This document shows positions 60,664 through 64,000 of a stretch of 64,000 nucleotides of DNA, in pieces. The first letter of the stretch is position 1. Each line of letters opens with the position of its first letter. Position numbers and translations under genes: made by a program. Below the pieces are notes generated by a model. The model had not been told where the DNA came from, searched no databases, and saw only the letters and a list, made by a program, of their open reading frames with translations. Source of the stretch: Phoronis australis (taxonomy: Eukaryota; Animalia; Phoronida); NCBI GenBank assembly GCA_002633005.1, contig NMRA01000078.1:629868-693867 (forward strand), given 5' to 3'.

Positions 60664-63600
60664 TGTCTGTAATAAAAAATCAAAGAAATTTGAAAAAATA
60701 AAATAAAACCAGGAAGTTGGTTTGCATGCTTTTTTAATACATTTCCTTGATCGTGCAGCATTATGCGTAAATAGTGGATTCCACATATTATTATGTAACG
60801 ATGGATCAATCCAGATAACAAAATATCAGATTTCAAACACCACCAATTACTATTTTGTTCTCTGAATGGCTAAAACACCATCAGATTGTTTTTAAAGTTA
60901 TGTAAGACCCTGGAAAAGCGCCCAAATTTAGCCAACTTCATAACACAATCTTGATTCATAACTTTCAGACACAATACTATATGCACTGTTAACCAAAACA
61001 ATGTTAGAAATTGAGGGTTCATCAAAAATAGCACTTCTATGATTGTCACTAACAAATTTATGAAAAAAAAATATTTGTGGTTACTTTAATTTAGTTCAAT
61101 CCATAAGCACCAGAAGACCCCTAAAGCAAAAGAATTAATTTTAGAACCATTTTGATTTTAAAAAATTGTTTCAACTAATTACATGGAGGCATAAAAGTTA
61201 AACAATCCCGATAGAACCAACAATAATAGACTTTTTCCCCGCTTCTAATAACCTTAGCCACACTGTCAGTGACCTAATTATTCAAAGTCGTTATTTCTCC
61301 GACTGTAAGGTGTTCCACTGTGTGTCAAATTAAAATTTAGAGAATCTACTTCGGGAAAGTATCTGTGGAATTTCAACAACAGTTTGTAAGATGACACGAA
61401 ATGCGTTAAACAAATTAGAAGCAAAATAAATTGGAAAATTCATTTATGATGAGGATACAGAGGAAGGCATGCAAAATAATGAGATCCAATTTAGAATTGA
61501 TGATAACATTATCTTCAGATGTATTATTTAAGAGAACAGATAATTGCTTCATCAATGAATAAAAAGAATTTTCGAGTCTCAGACAGAACAGAAACAAAAC
61601 TTGAAGTAATATTGTATTTGGAAAACTTTCCTTTTCTTGATAAATATGATTCAGAAACTTTGTAAAGCAAATGAACCGACTTGTTAAATATAAGAAAAGA
61701 AAAGAAAAAGTGGTCAAATTATTCACTAAAAGGCAAACTTGGTTGAAAACAAAGAGCACTCAACAAAATACTTCAGTAATCTAGAACATGGACCTTGTTA
61801 CAAATCAATAAACTTGTTTATAGCACCGAATTACATTCCGAACATGTACATCTGTCACACTCATTGAACTTACATGTAGCAGTCTTACAAAATGACTTCA
61901 AGATATCAAAAATGTGTGTGATGTGCTTCACAAAAAATCCACTATCAGCATAAAAAACAAACCTTTTCTACAATTCACAGAAAATTAGTTGTCCAATTTT
62001 TATTCAAACTGGAAATTCAAATTCTCTGCACATGTCTGCCAATGTCCTCATCAAACGAAAAGAAAAAAATTGACATGTCATGCATTGAAAGACACCAATC
62101 ATTGGTGTCATTGTTGATGAAACCTTACACTTAATGAATTTATTACTTTTTAGTCAAAAACAATGTAAATCACAATTAACCAAAATGTTGGTCTCAATGT
62201 GGATTGCCCTTGGCATTCGCTGGATCATCATGTACCAGTATGTCTGAGCCCATAGAAATGTTTACGAGTGGAAAATTCGTTTTCAACCCTGCTTGTGTAA
62301 AATTTAGGTGGACAACGCAGTTTCACATCCATGCTGTACCTGTCTAAGGTTGTCATAGACTTTTGACAGTGTTTCAGAAAGAATTACAAGCAGCTTTCAG
62401 CTGTCATACAACTATAGAGTTGTGTATAGTGATCTCAATAGTAGCTCAGGTGAACAAGTGGAGTTGAGCCTACAGTCCCATCATTCAAAAAGACAATCTC
62501 AATATAACAAAGAATTGCTCCTCAAGAATTTCATGTACTGTATACACTTATGTATGTACAATCTGCATTTCGAAGTAAAAGATAAGAATAAATGCTATAG
62601 AAATATGCCCTCGCATCTGAAAGGAATCGAAAGCAGTAAATGTAGTTCTGTGCCTAATGGAGACAATCTCCAAGGTGCAGTGAAAAACTTCTGCGGTCCG
62701 TCATGACCATAGTTTCACGAGCATAAGACGTGCGCCTTCATTAGGATGTGTGCACCAGTAAATATTAACATAGAAGTCACCAAAAACAACAAGTGAAGAA
62801 ATTAATCTCTTAAGTAACTCAGATATGTATGCCACATATCTGGTCAACACTGCTACTGTATTGTCGATGCACGTCTCTCTATTCCTGCTAGGGTTCAGTT
62901 TTCGGTTTTACCCAGTGTTCAGGTGCTGACCGGGAAGTTCAAGTTGGTCTGTGATGATGTACGGATGTGAGTGGAGATTGTTACAATAAAACACTGGTAA
63001 ACTGTTAGCTAGACACTGGTGCTGAACATTCTAAAGTTCATATGTCTTCAAACTACTGAGCAAGTGGTTTGTTGATGTGGTGAGCGCATTCAACTGTGAA
63101 GACAGCTACGTCTGCTCTTGTGCGTGGAACTCGTCTGCAACATTTAGCGGGAAGCTGTGGACAATGTGGGGGCAACTAGGTGATGACGGCGACTCGAGAT
63201 ACCACAAGCTCAAGTGATGGTGTTGGCGTTCGTCCCAGTCTTTGTCCTTGTGCTATATTTTGTATAACTTGTCAAGTGTTTGTAAACGTTAATAGATGTA
63301 AATATTGTACGAAATCACTAGAGGAGTAGTTATATTCGTTTACATTACCGTAACAACACTTATTTAAGCATGCAGGTTTAAGAAGACGAATGTGTAGCCT
63401 CTCTAACCCTCTCATTAAGAAAACACGCCGTATGGACGCAGGAGTACATGCATTATGAGATTGAAGAGCTTGAACATTAGCTAGTTTAATCACCATATAT
63501 TTAAGACCTCTATTCATATCCTAATACGGAGGCTCTTAATAAAAACAGCAACAGAAAATCAACCGCTCCATTTATAGTCAGGTGCAGAATTTGTTGGCGG

Positions 63601-64000
63601 GAAATTCTGAACAATGAACATGACAGGCGTGAGCTGTGAGTCGCGGCACGCTTATGCTAGTTAGGTACAGCCAGATGTCAAAGAGGAAAATCGTTTTAAT
63701 GGTAGTCAAATTAAATGAGAATTTTTGATTTGAATGTGAACGCTATCACAACATGTTTTGTCCAACTAATGGCCCTGCATTAACTTAAGCCCGCAAAGTA
63801 TCTAATAAAATTCATTTAGGAACGGTTGTAACATCACAGTTAAGCTGTTCAAAAAACAACTGCTGCAATGTATCATTTGCACATAACAAAGCATGGCCTC
63901 AGGTCAGTTTCATGTTCCACTCAAACTCAGGCTGGGTGAGAAGGCAAAATATCACAAGAAAAGATAATAGTTTCTATGAATTACATGCACAATTTAATTG

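Noticed and set aside
60664-60786. 41-aa N-terminal extension of the TRIM ORF
   Set aside because: Non-ATG start and it runs through a polypyrimidine tract and AG acceptor; probably intron.
63594-63604. E2F-like motif TTGGCGGGAAA as the TRIM promoter
   Set aside because: A single short motif with no TSS or first-exon evidence.

Overview
AT-rich, repeat-dense eukaryotic (metazoan, probably invertebrate/lophotrochozoan; inferred) genomic DNA with spliced genes, so most ORF-track entries are noise. By hand I reconstructed two tandem, + strand, multi-exon paralogs (A ~4.3-15.4 kb, signal exon not found in the window; B ~30.4-54.2 kb) of a type I membrane mucin. Architecture: signal peptide, 4-Cys N-terminal module, Thr-rich mucin stalk, SEA-like domain, TM followed by YxCCxQ (TM exon seen only in A), and a tail with ENGxxNP..M.EK..W-x-x-P-x-D..T-R-L. 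That tail closely matches the vertebrate CD34/podocalyxin family signature. Paralog A has an in-frame TGA exactly at the conserved Trp of its last exon. Paralog B has a mucin stalk about 20 times longer and an intact DTRL PDZ ligand, but no visible TM exon (there is an N-gap in that interval). An inverted, frameshifted orphan copy of the last exon lies between the two genes. A RING-B-box-B-box-coiled-coil-NHL (TRIM) gene with an uninterrupted CDS lies on the - strand at 58.7-60.7 kb. The rest is Penelope and LINE relics, Kolobok- and Academ-like DNA transposons, MITEs, a foldback element, minisatellites, and two single-N contig joins with duplicated, probably allelic, flanks. All calls come from reading the sequence by eye; no searches were run.
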